Below, piece by piece: positions 1 through 10,975 of a stretch of DNA of 64,000 bases. The position numbers and the translations under genes are program-made. The notes below the pieces were generated by a model. It worked only from the letters and a program-made list of their open reading frames with translations, did no database searches and was not told the origin of the DNA. Source of the DNA: Macrostomum lignano (Eukaryota); the NCBI GenBank assembly GCA_002269645.1, contig NIVC01000221.1, positions 1-64,000 on the forward strand, given 5' to 3'. Positions within the stretch are counted from its first letter, which is position 1; every line of letters starts with the position of its first letter.

Positions 1-178
1 GATAGTCATGCAGTGTGGTACAAGATATTACTGCGCGATCTGCGTGTAGTGACACTTAGTTACAAGGTTTCATAGTCTGAATAAGCATTCTCATATCTAA
101 AAAGCTACTGAAGCAAAGAAATCTCTACTTGAGTCAATCAATGTCAGATTTAAGAGTTAGGAATTCTCCAGAAAATTG

Positions 179-1076
179 TCAACCAAAAGCAGAATCAACA
201 AGCTTAGCGACGCCGACCACAGGACTCGCAAGGATTGCTCCAGCCCCCTGTCCGATGCTGCTCATAATGTCCACAAACCTGGCTGGGGCTGTTGGCACTG
301 CGCATTTAGTAATTGCTGCTGCTCTTCTAGAAGTTTGACCTTGGCTTTCATCTTATCCATCTTCTTTGCTTCATCCCGCTGTTTCTGGGCCTCCGCCTCC
401 TCTCGGCGTTTCCGCTCCTCAGTCTGTTTTTCCAGGTCCTTCTTCAAGTACTTGCTCGGGTTCAGCTTCGATACCTCATCGATAAGGCCCATCAGCGTTG
501 CCACCTGCCGTTCCTGCATACCCGGGTCGCACCTCTTGCCGTGTCCATCAGCACGTAGCGGTCTCCGAAGTCCTTCATCATCTTGTCGAGCTCAGGAATT
601 TCTTCTCGCGCGACTTTCAGCTCTTTATTTTTAAATTCGTTGATGTCGTTGTCAAAATGGTCACCTCTGCTGAACACCACGATGACGCGCTTGCACGACT
701 CCGGACCGAACACTTCCACAGTCTGGCGGATAGCCAGGCACTCTTCGTTTGTGAAGCGGACGTCCGCTCTGGCGACCACGAGAAAGGCGTCAACGCCGCA
801 CGGACACTTGTTCAGCGTGCGCAGCAGCTCACCCTGCGGCATGTTAACGTCCTTGGAGTCCATGGTTCCGGGAGTGTCCACCACCAGCAGGCTGCGACCG
901 CGGACCGTTCGCATCTGCGCCTCGCACTGCTTCGTCTGCGACCTCATGCCATTTCCGACTTTGAAGCTTTCCTCCTCCATTAGGGTGTTGGCTAGAGAGC
1001 TCTTTCCGCTGCCTGTCTTGCTCATCAGCACCACCGTTGTCATCTGGCTGGAGTCTTGCGGCTGATCGGCTGACAT
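179..1076 (-). pseudogene. GIMAP: AIG1/GIMAP-family GTPase, copy 1, with two apparent 1-nt deletions (pseudogene or assembly error)
   Basis: ORF 492-1076 has the P-loop SKTGSGKS, DTPG, the AIG1 conserved box RFTNEE and G4-like SRGD. Versus copies 2/3 one T is missing at ~542 (gccgtgtcc vs gccgttgtcc). The frame continues in ORF 262-519. A further 1-nt loss at ~275-277 hides the tail GFVDIMSSIGQGAGAILASPVVGVAKLVDSAFG* ending at 179. Confidence 0.8.
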
Positions 1077-1788
1077 TGCTGTAGTGCAGTCTTCTCTGTA
1101 GGTTAGAGATGGCTTAGTAGTTTTCTGTTCTTGGAGCTTTGAACACCCGCTGTATATATAGAGTTTTTTGAACAGGGTAGTGCCTAGAGCTTTAGGTAAA
1201 GCTCATCATTAAGTTCTATTTGCTATTGTCTAGAGCAGGTACTACCTGTACTCCCTGTGGTCCTCTTCGTACCGCTTTTCGATTTTCGCATTTCGCATTT
1301 CGCATTGAAGCTGCGCATTGATGAGCCTGCATGTACTCTTCAAATTTGGTCCAGAATATGCGCCTAAACTATTTATAGCACACCCAAAGTGGCCCAGCAG
1401 GTTCTCTAATAGTTTCTCTGTTTTGCTTTATCTGTCTAGTCTGCGGCAGTCATTCCAGCTGAAAGTACACAAAATAATTTTCCATGATGGAATAACCAAG
1501 AAATCTTTGAAAACGACAATAATCAAATTGAAATATCTTTTGTGACAGCTGAGATTGGAATAAAGACAAACACGCCTAAAAGTGAATATTTTTAAGTTGT
1601 TCCTGATTCTGGATAGGCTACCTATGTTGAAGTACTGGGGTTATTGTACTTGATAGTGAAGAATTACCATGCCCCCATATCCCACACTCCTTGTTTGGTC
1701 GGCTTAACACAAAAAGAAACTGGAGACGTAGGTAGCATCTAGGAATTAAGGTGAGTCTTGTCTGGATTAAAGCTTAACTCAGGACTAG

Positions 1789-2214
1789 TATAGTATTTGT
1801 CATGCTATCTCAGCCCAGAGACATCCAAACTCAGCCAGTCCCATTCCGCAATGCGTTTTTTTGGCTCGAGCTAGTCGACTTTTACCATAGACATGCTTCC
1901 CAAGGCCATGCCATCTCAGCCCGGGACATGCAATCTCAGCCAATATAGATTTCAATTGCAAACACTTCTCGCTTCGTCTTCGTCGCTTGTTGCTCTCATT
2001 CTGTTTCATTTGCTTCGATCACAGACTAAGCCACGGACAGCTTGACATAGCATCTGAAAAGTGGCTGAGATTGCATGTCCCAGGCTGAGATAGCATGGCC
2101 CCAAGAAGCATGTCTATGGTAAAACTTGACTGGCTTACGTAAAAAATCGCACTGTCGAGATGGGCTGGCTGAGTTTGGATGTCTCTAGGCTGAGATAGCA
2201 TGACAAATACTATA
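1789..2214. mobile_element. MITE (foldback, long TIRs, TA at both ends)
   Basis: Left end TATAGTATTTGTCATGCTATCTCAGCCCAGAGACATCCAAACTCAGCCAG is the reverse complement of 2165-2214. A second inner inverted pair lies at ~1880-1945 / ~2060-2125. The element is absent from the paralogous site at ~6295-6310. Confidence 0.85.
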
Positions 2215-2685
2215 GTTTTTCAACACTGAGCGCAAACTTTCTACTTCACCGATATTAATTGGTTTGCATAGCAGAATGAGGCATAAATTCTTGAGCCTGC
2301 TGTAATGGATAGCAAGCTGATCAAGCAAAGAATCACTATTGATAAGCTTCTGGATAGGCAGTGAGGCACAATAGTACAGCATAATTTGAGTCAATTTCAG
2401 CAACAACAACAAAATACTTCTCCCGCCAGCCACGCAGTGGCCAGAAAGGGTAGAAGTCAGAGAGCGTGTCTCTGGGCCATAGACCTCAAAAAGTCCATTT
2501 CGCAAAATTTGTTGTGTCACTAATTTACAAGGTTTCAAAACTGAATAACCATGGAGTATTCAACAAAACTACCGAAGCAAAGAACTCAGAAATTAACTCA
2601 ATCTCATAGGACAGCGGTTGTCTATAGATAGGAGAGTGTAAGGAGTTCTTAATAAAACTGTCAGCCAAAAACTTTATCAAATAGC

Positions 2686-3675
2686 TTAGCAGCGTCGACC
2701 ACAGGACTTGCAAAGATTGCTCCAGCCCCCTGTCCAAGACTGCTCACAATGCCCACAAAGCCTAAACTGAGCTGTGGCTGTTAGCGCTGCGCATATATTG
2801 ATTGCTGCTGCCGCTGATGCTGCTGATGCTGCTGCTGATGCTGCTGCTGATGCTGCTGATGCTGCTGCTGCTGCTGCTGATGCTGCTGCTGCTGCCGCTG
2901 ATGCTGCTGCTGCTGTCGCTGATGCTGCTGCTGCTTTAAAAGCTTGATCTCGGCTTCCATCTTTTCCATCTTCTACGTCATTCTGCTTCTGCGCCTCAGT
3001 CTCCTCTCGGCGTTTCCGCTCCTCAGTCTGCTTATCCAGGTACTTGTACTTGCTCGGGTTCAGCTTCGATACCTCATCGATAAGGCCCATCAGCGTTGCC
3101 ACCTGCCGTTCCTGCATACCCGGGTCGCACCTCTTGCCGTTGTCCATCAGCACGTAGCGGTCTCCGAAGTCCTTCATCATCTTGTCGAGCTCAGGAATTT
3201 CTTCTCGCGCGACTTTCAGCTCTTTATTTTTAAATTCGTTGATGTCGTTGTCAAAATGGTCACCTCTGCTGAACACCACGATGACGCGCTTGCACGACTC
3301 CGGACCGAACACTTCCACAGTCTGGCGGATAGCCAGGCACTCTTCGTTTGTGAAGCGGACGTCCGCTCTGGCGACCACGAGAAAGGCGTCAACGCCGCAC
3401 GGACACTTGTTCAGCGTGCGCAGCAGCTCACCCTGCGGCATGTTAACGTCCTTGGAGTCCATGGTTCCGGGAGTGTCCACCACCAGCAGGCTGCGACCGC
3501 GGACCGTTCGCATCTGCGCCTCGCACTGCTTCGTCTGCGACCTCATGCCATTTCCGACTTTGAAGCTTTCCTCCTCCATTAGGGTGTTGGCTAGAGAGCT
3601 CTTTCCGCTGCCTGTCTTGCTCATCAGCACCACCGTTGTCATCTGGCTGGAGTCTTGCGGCTGATCGGCTGACAT
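2686..3675 (-). CDS. GIMAP: AIG1/GIMAP-family GTPase, copy 2 (329 aa; poly-Ala and CxxC..CxxC tail)
   Basis: Uninterrupted ORF with LMSKTGSGKSSLAN, VVDTPG, RFTNEE, VFSRGD and a coiled-coil-like EERKRREE segment. TATA-like motif ~80 nt upstream. Confidence 0.9.
   Translation of the reverse strand: MSADQPQDSSQMTTVVLMSKTGSGKSSLANTLMEEESFKVGNGMRSQTKQCEAQMRTVRGRSLLVVDTPGTMDSKDVNMPQGELLRTLNKCPCGVDAFLVVARADVRFTNEECLAIRQTVEVFGPESCKRVIVVFSRGDHFDNDINEFKNKELKVAREEIPELDKMMKDFGDRYVLMDNGKRCDPGMQERQVATLMGLIDEVSKLNPSKYKYLDKQTEERKRREETEAQKQNDVEDGKDGSRDQAFKAAAASATAAAASAAAAAASAAAAAASAASAAASAAASAASAAAAINICAALTATAQFRLCGHCEQSWTGGWSNLCKSCGRRC
2800..2935. repeat. CTG/CAG-type trinucleotide tract (GCT/GAT mix) inside GIMAP copy 2
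   Basis: Run of gctgctgat units. The homologous tract in copy 3 (~6893-6976) is shorter, and copy 1 has only ~3 units. Confidence 0.9.
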
Positions 3676-3751
3676 TGCTGTAGTGCAGTCTTCTCTGTAG
3701 GTTAGAGATGGCTTAGTAGTTTTCTGTTCTTGGAGCTTTGAACACCCGCTG

Positions 3752-3759
3752 TATATATA
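3752..3759 (-). promoter_or_regulatory. Putative TATA box of GIMAP copy 2 (same motif at 1153-1160 and 7798-7805)
   Basis: TATATATA followed by CAGCGGGTG on the minus strand, ~77 nt upstream of the ATG in all three copies. Confidence 0.5.
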
Positions 3760-4330
3760 GAGTTTTTTGAACAGAGTAGTTCCTCGAGTTTTAGGTAAAG
3801 CTCATCAATAAACTCTATTTGCCATTGTCAAGAGCAGGTAGTACCTGCACAACATTCTTTAATGTGGTCCTCGTACCGCTTTTCGATTTTCACTTTTCGT
3901 ATTTCGCATTGAAGCTGTGCATTGATGAGCATGCATGTACTCTTCAAATTTGGTCCAGAATGTACGCCTAAACTATTTATAGCACACCCAAGTGCTCCAG
4001 TAGTTTCTCTGTTTGCTTTAGCTGTCTAGTCTGCTGCAGTCATTCCAGCTGAATGTACACAAAATAATTTTCCATGATGAAATAACCAGGAAAATCCTTG
4101 AAACCGACAATAATCAAATTGTAATATTTTCGTGACAGCTGAGATTGAAAGAAAGACAAAACACGCCTACTGGCCTTGTAAAAAGTGCATCTTTTTAAAG
4201 TTGTTCCTGATTGTAGATAGGCTACCTATGTTGAAGTACTGGGGTTATGCACTTGACGTACCATGATAGTGAAGAATTACCATGCCCCTTTATCCCACTC
4301 CTTGTTTGCTCGGCTTAACACAAAACGAAA

Positions 4331-4666
4331 CTGGAGCCGCAGATTCAGTCCTAGAGACGCAGGTTCAGTCCTGGAGACGCAGGTTCAGTCCTGGAGACGC
4401 AGGTTCAGTCCTGGAGACGCAGGTTCAGTCCTGGAGACGCAGGTTCAGTCCTGGAGACGCAGGTTCAGTCCTGGAGACGCAGGTTCAGTCCTGGAGACGC
4501 AGGTTCAGTCCTGGAGACGCAGGTTCAGTCCTGGAGACGCAGGTTCAGTCCTGGAGACGCAGGTTCAGTCCTGGAGACGCAGGTTCAGTCCTGGAGACGC
4601 AGGTTCAGTCCTGGAGACGCAGGTTCAGTCCTGGAGACGCAGGTTCAGTCCTGGAGACGCAGATTC
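4331..4666. repeat. 20-bp minisatellite (AGGTTCAGTCCTGGAGACGC)x15 plus degenerate flanking units
   Basis: 15 perfect units at 4361-4660 with no spacers. Only ~1.5 units at the paralogous site ~8380-8408. Confidence 0.97.
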
Positions 4667-5918
4667 GTGACGGTGAGCGCTTCCTGCAGCCGCCATGACT
4701 TGCTGTTGGAAAATAATTGGAAGCGAAATGTTCTTTATACTATATTGTGTCAAATATTGTATTGTTATTTGCTATTGAATATTAAATGAGCCCGACAAGG
4801 AGGCCGCTCCTGGGGAGGAGCAGCGGGCGCACCCAAGACCGGCGGCCAACCCTGAGGGGCATAGCAACCGAGGGGTGGACGCGCGGACCGGCCCGCACGA
4901 AAAGACAGGAAAAGAACTCAGAACTGGCTTCCCCCAAACACTCTAACTCAAACAGAGTAAAACTGATGAGTCTAACCGCCTAACCCTCGCCCCCGTAGCA
5001 ACCCGCGTGTCAACCCCCGCGTTTTAAATCTTATTGCTTGAGCTGTGTTATGTAAACCTTGTCGTCGTTAGCTCACGATATCTCACCCCATCGACGCCAG
5101 GGGATGAAATTGTAGGAAGTCTGCTCAGTTATGTAACTTGAGTATTCATCTAAGAATCGTCAAGAGGCTTCGTCAAGCCTCAGTGGTATCTCTCTGCCTC
5201 TTTCTACAGAAGTGCTGAAATTTTGTCATCGGAAGTTTTCGTCCGCCTGAGGTTATAACGGAATACGAGAGTTTACAATGGCATTGCTGCAGATTCATAA
5301 TTTTTTCCTTCCTTGCCTATCCAATCCAGCCCTACAAACTCGCGCACTTGTCTTTAAACAAAGAAACTATCCTTCATCAAAAAAGCCTTACAATAGTTGC
5401 TGAATAACCCCATCGATTCCTCAGTGTCAGAATCAGGAAAAGTTTCCAGTGTGTCAGAAGCAGAACAGCAGTCACCCGAGACGGCTCGCAGAATTTGAAA
5501 GCTCACGATGGAGTCAAAAACAGTTTTTGCGCCTCTGCTCTCAATTCCTTCCATCGCCTACTTGTGTTCTGCTTGCCTGCCTTGGGAACTACTTTCAGAA
5601 AAGCAGCTTCAGCCCAGAGCTGCGGGGGCCATTGTCTCTGACTACAAGCTCACGTGAGGCGGCTGTGGTGAAATTCTGATTAATCTACATTTGTGTCTTT
5701 TCTGTTATTTGTATTTTATTTTCTAGTTATGCAGTATTAGTTCAAAATCCTACCAGAAGATTAGCAGCCTTTGACTGCGCAAATCGCAGATATACAAAAA
5801 ATAATTTACGTAGTAAAAAATTTACAGAGATTCTGTAGTCTCGACAATAATTCATTAGTTTGTATGAACACAGGCTGTTTCTTTTATTTTCTATTGAACA
5901 ACAATGACCTTGTCATTG

Positions 5919-5976
5919 ATGCGGCCCGAACGGAATCGAACTCGGGACTTTGACACAAGAGTCCAACGCAATTCTA
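5919..5976 (-). other. tRNA-like/SINE head fragment
   Basis: Minus strand reads ...TTGGACTCTTGTGTCAAAGTCCCGAGTTCGATTCCGTTCGGGCCGCA, with a B-box-like GTTCGATTCC. No complete cloverleaf can be supported. Confidence 0.4.
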
Positions 5977-6304
5977 TTTAACTACTTGCCCCCAATTTAG
6001 TGAAATCAGATTGAAGAACATAGGAACTTCCTAGCAGAACTATCTTCAATGATTTTTTCTGCTAGGCCCTTGATTAAGTTACCACAGGCACATAATATCG
6101 CGTAGAACACGGATAACTTTATATTTATTCTTGGCTATTAAAAGTTTATGCAATCGGAAGGAGCCATGCTCGAAGTGTGGCTTGTTGGTACAAATACCTG
6201 TATTAAATATTTTATATTTATTCTCACTGTTTTTACACCAATAGCATCTAGGACTTTAATTAAGGTGAGTCTTGTCTGGATTAAAGCTTAACTCAGGACT
6301 ACTA

Positions 6305-9300
6305 ATTTTTTAACACTGAGCGCAAACTTTCTACTTCACCGATATTAATTGGTTTGCATAGCAGAATGAGGCATAAATTCTTGAGCCTGCTGTAATGGAT
6401 AGCAAGCTGATCAAGCAAAGAATCACTATTGATAAGCTTCTGGATAGGCAGTGAGGCACAATAGTACAGCATAATTTGAGTCAATTTCAGCAACAACAAC
6501 AAAATACTTCTCCCGCCAGCCACACAGTGGCCAGAAAGGGTAGAAGTCAGAGAGCGTGTCTCTGGGCCATAGACCTCAAAAAGTCCATTTCGCAAAATTT
6601 GTTGTGTCACTAATTTACAAGGTTTCATAAACTGAATAACCATGGAGTATTCAACAAAACTACCAAAGCAAAGAACTCAGAAATTAACTCAATCTCATAG
6701 GACAGCGGTTTTCTATAGATAGGAGAGTGTAAGGAGTTCTTAAGAAAACTGTCAGCCAAAAACTTTATCAAATAGCTTAGCAGCGTCGACCACAGGACTT
6801 GCAATGATTGCTCAAGCCTCCTGTCCGAGACTGCTCACAATGCCCACAAAGCCTAAACTGAGCTGTGGCTGTTGGCGCTGCGCATATATTGATTGCTGCT
6901 GCCGCTGATGCTGCTGATGCTGCTGCTGATGCTGCTGCTGATGCTGCTGATGCTGCTGCTGCTGCTGCTGATGCTGTTTCTTTAAAAGCTTGATCTCGGC
7001 TTCCATCTTTTCCATCTTCTACGTCATTCTGCTTCTGGGCCTCAGCCTCCTCTCGGCGTTTCCGCTCCTCAGTCTGCTTATCCAGGTACTTGTACTTGCT
7101 CGGGTTCAGCTTCGATACCTCATCGATAAGGCCCATCAGCGATGCCACCTGCCGTTCCTGCACTTCCGTGTCGCACCTCTTGCCGTTGTCCATCAGCACA
7201 TAGCGGTCTCCGAAGTCCTTCATCATCTTGTCGAATCCAGGAATTTCTTCTCGCGCGACCTTCAGCTCTTTATTTTTAAATTCGTTGATGTCGTTGTCAA
7301 AATGGTCACCTCTGCTGAACACCACGATGACGCGCTTGCACGACTCCGGGCCGAACACGTCCACAGTCTGGCGGATGGCCTGGCACTCTTCGTTGGTGAA
7401 GCGCACGTCCGCTCTGGCGACCACGAGAAAGGCGTCAACGCCGCACGGACACTTGTTCAGGGTGCGCAGCAGCTCACCCTGCGGCATGTTAACGTCCTTG
7501 GAGTCCATGGTTCCGGGAGTGTCCACCACCAGCAGGCTGCGACCGCGGACCGTTCGCATCTGCGCCTCGCACTGCTTCGTCTGCCACCTCATGCCGTTTC
7601 CGACTATGAAGCTTTTCTCGTTCATTAGGGTGTTGGCTAGAGAGCTCTTTCCGCTGCCCGTCTTGCTCATCAGCACCACCGTTGTCATCTGGCTGGAGTC
7701 TTGTGGCTGTTCGGCTGACATTGCTGTAGTGCAGTCTTCTCTGTAGGTTAGAGATGGCTTAGTAGTTTTCTGTTCTTGAAACTTTGAACACCCGCTGTAT
7801 ATATAGAGTTTTGTGAACAGAGTAGTGCCTAGAGCTTTAGGTAAAGCTCATCATTAAGTTATATTTGCTATTGTCTAGAGCAGGTAGTACCTGTACTGCC
7901 TCCCTGTGGTCCTCTTCGTACCGCTTTTCGATTTTCGCATTTCGCATTTCGCACTGAAGTTGTGCATTGATGAGCCTGCATGTACTCTTCAAATTTGGTC
8001 CAGAATGTACGCCTGAACTATTTATAGCACATCCAAGTGGCCCAGCAGGTTCTCTAATAGCTTCTCTGTTTGCTTTAGCTGTTTGATCTGCTGCAGCCAT
8101 TTCAGCTGAAAGTACGCAAAATTATTTTCCATAATGGAATAACCAGGAAATCTTTGAAACCGACAATAATCAAACTGTAATACTTTCCTGACAGCTGAGA
8201 TTGAAAGAAAGGCAAAACACGGCTACTTGCCTCGTAAAAATTGCATCTTTTGTTTCTGATTGTAGATAGGCTACCTATGTTGAAGTACTGGGGTTATGCA
8301 CTTGACGTACCATGATAGTAAAGAATTACCATGCCCCTTTATCCCACTCCTTGTTTGCTCGGCTTAACACAAAACAAAACTGAAGACGCAGATTTAGTCC
8401 TGGAGACGAATATTAAATTCAATAACAAATTACAATACAACCCCCGAGGGGCGTAGCAACCGAAGGGTGGACGCGCGGACCGGCCCGCACGAAAAGACAG
8501 CAAAAGAACTCAGAACTGACTTCCCCCAAACACTCTAACTCAAACAGAGTAAAACTGATGAGTCTAACCGCCTAACCCTCGCCCCCGTAGCAACCCGCGT
8601 GTCAACCCCGCGTTTTAAATCTTATTGCTTGAGCTGTGTTACCTGTGTAAACCTTGTCGTCGTTAGCTCACGATATCTCACCCCATCGACGCCAGGGGAT
8701 GAAATTGTAGGAAGTCTGCTCAGTTATGTAACTTGAGTATCCATCTAAGAAGCGCCAAGAGGCTTCGTCAAGCCTCAGTGGTATCTCTGGCTCTGTATAC
8801 AGAAGTGCTGAAATTTTGTCATCTAAGCAGGTTTTCTTCCGCCTGAGGTTATAACGGAATACGAGAGTTTACAATGGCATTGCTGCAGATTCATAATTTT
8901 TTCCTTCCTTGCCTATCCAATCCAAACCCTACAAACTCGCGTACTTGTCTTTAAACAAAGAAACTCTCCTTCATCAAAAAAGCCTTCAAAAGACTTCGTA
9001 GTTGCTGAATAACCCCATCGATTCCTCAGTGTCAGAATCAGGAAAAGTTTCCAGTGTGTCACAAACAGAACAGCAGTCACCCGAGACTGCTCGCAGAATT
9101 TGAAAGCTCACGATGAAGTCAAAAACAGTTTTTGCGCCTCTGCTCTCAATTCCTTCCATCGCCTACTTGTTTTCTGCTTGCCTGCCTTGGGAACTACTTT
9201 CAGAAAAGCAGCTTCAGCCCAGAGCTGCGGGGGCCATTGTCTCTGACTACAAGCTCACGTGAGGCGGCTGTGGTGAAATTCTGATTAATCTACATTTGTG

Positions 9301-9390
9301 TCTTTTCTGTTATTTGTATTTTATTTTCTAGTTATGCAGTATTAGTTCAAAATCCTACCAGAAGATTAGCAGCCTTTGACTGCGCAAATC
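6305..9390. repeat. Tandem segmental duplicate of ~2215-5785 (GIMAP unit)
   Basis: Colinear near-identical sequence from ...AACACTGAGCGCAAAC to ...GCCTTTGACTGCGCAAATC. It differs by the MITE, the minisatellite expansion and a ~180-bp segment. Confidence 0.95.
6777..7721 (-). CDS. GIMAP: AIG1/GIMAP-family GTPase, copy 3 (314 aa)
   Basis: Intact ORF with the same motifs as copy 2, a shorter poly-Ala tract and the tail CGHCEQSRTGGLSNHCKSCGRRC. Confidence 0.9.
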   Translation of the reverse strand: MSAEQPQDSSQMTTVVLMSKTGSGKSSLANTLMNEKSFIVGNGMRWQTKQCEAQMRTVRGRSLLVVDTPGTMDSKDVNMPQGELLRTLNKCPCGVDAFLVVARADVRFTNEECQAIRQTVDVFGPESCKRVIVVFSRGDHFDNDINEFKNKELKVAREEIPGFDKMMKDFGDRYVLMDNGKRCDTEVQERQVASLMGLIDEVSKLNPSKYKYLDKQTEERKRREEAEAQKQNDVEDGKDGSRDQAFKETASAAAAAASAASAAASAAASAASAAAAINICAAPTATAQFRLCGHCEQSRTGGLSNHCKSCGRRC

Positions 9391-9489
9391 ACAGGCATAC
9401 GAATGCAATATTTTACATCAGTATAAATTCTACTCAAGGTGATTCAGACTACTGTAAATTACTGTTTTTAACACATGCACAGGCTGTTT

Positions 9490-9660
9490 ATGTTCTGCCT
9501 CTCCGGCGTCGAGAATGCGGAGCACTTTATCTGTAAATGCCCCACCTTTACTCAGGACAGGCTCACCTACCTCGGCCCAAACCCGGACCTCTCCGACGTT
9601 TTCAGTCTCGAGAATCTCTGCCAGCTCGTCCGCTACCTAAGAGCTACCGGGCGGACGACA
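9490..9660 (+). mobile_element. 3' fragment of a non-LTR retrotransposon ORF2 (C-terminal Cys/His knuckle)
   Basis: Translation [28 protein letters not shown]...LVRYLRATG resembles the C-x-E-x3-H-x4-CP-x-F-x3-R C-terminus of RT ORFs of R1/LOA/I-type LINEs. Confidence 0.6.
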
Positions 9661-10395
9661 AACCACCTCCTGGACTCTCCGGAGGGGGACCGCGCTGCGG
9701 ACACCGGCACCACTGGAACTCCCTGCGCGACACCGCGCAGCACCAGCTGCCCGTGGTCACCAGGGTTTAGCGAAATGGGCGGCAACGCCTCCTCGCTGTT
9801 TCCGGACTCCGGACTCCGGCCCCAGAGAAAAACGCGTATACTGATCGATTCCTCAGTGCCAGAAGCAGACAAGTCTTCAGTTCGTTGGTCGCAGGAAAAA
9901 TTTTCAATGCTGCAAAACTGCTTCAAAAATGCTTCGAAACTGTTTGATGCTTTAGCATCTGAGTTCGAGCATCAGTGCGCAATTGCACAGGTTGCTAAAC
10001 TGGTTGTGATGTGACTGTTTAGAAAAAGTAAAAAAGTATTTCTAATCAATCACCGATGCTCCACGGTGCGTAATAACAATTAAAAAGGCACACGTTGTGT
10101 CAGCAGCAGTATAACAGTCTCATGTGGCTCCAAAAGTATTCGTCCTACGACGTTTACCACAATTTCTTGCCAGTATTTCCCTCATCGTAGGACAAAGAGT
10201 CAGATAGTGTGGTGAAGATTTTTGCTGATGAGTGTCAATCTTAAAGTTTTTTCCGTGTTGGAAAATTTTATATGGGAAGTGAGCCTTCGGACTCAGCCAA
10301 TTTCACAGGTATAGGTGTGCAAGAACTAGAGGACATCAAACGGCTTGAAAAGTCGGCATCTACCTTAGCAGCTACTGAGAATTCTTAAAACCTAG

Positions 10396-10570
10396 AGCCT
10401 AGTGGTTAGAGCGTCGGACTCACGACTGGAAGGTTGGAGGTTCGATTCTCGACCCAATTAGAACAATTTGTGTCCTTGAGCGAGACAACTTAACTCTGCA
10501 TTGCTTCAGTTCACCCAGCTGTAAAATGGGTGCCAGCATTAGCTGGAGTAATTCAGGGTGTGTGTGTCGA
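10396..10570 (+). mobile_element. tRNA-derived SINE
   Basis: A-box TAGTGGTTAGAGC and B-box GGTTCGATTC, followed by the core GTGTCCTTGAGCGAGACAACTTAACTC...CACCCAGCTGTAAAATGGGTGCCAGCA. A reverse copy of the core lies at ~13341-13436. Confidence 0.75.
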
Positions 10571-10975
10571 CCAACCAGTCCTTGGACTGAATAGCCGTAC
10601 GCTGCTTTCAGATGTCGTTTGTTTATCTGCCCATTAAGTCAGTAGTAATCAGTTATTTAATTATTATTTATTGTACTCGAAATCTGGTCGGCATCTGAAC
10701 TGCAGCAAATTTAGACCTATTTCTAACTTATCACTTTATCTGCGATCATAGGTAATCAGCATTCAGTAGTGCGTAGCCAATCGCAATAGGCTTTCTAGCA
10801 TTTTCCAGAATGTCGTAGACAATAATGGAAACCACCTGATTGGATAGTAATCTACATCTAGTTACTGCCTGCACTCGCAACAGGATAAAAGACTGATTCG
10901 ACTAAGAACTAAGATAGCACTAGCACTATCATTAAGACTCCAAAGACTTAAACTGTCGCCTTGTAGTTCTTCTCA

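Noticed and set aside
4331-4666. CRISPR-like array or repetitive protein (ORFs 4263-4670, 4282-4698)
   Set aside because: Units are contiguous with no unique spacers, no cas genes are present and the context is eukaryotic. The ORFs are a by-product of a stop-free 20-mer.
498-7746. Plus-strand ORFs overlapping the GIMAP genes (e.g. 2944-3582, 3182-3664, 6990-7628)
   Set aside because: Antisense shadows of GC-rich coding sequence with no independent motifs.
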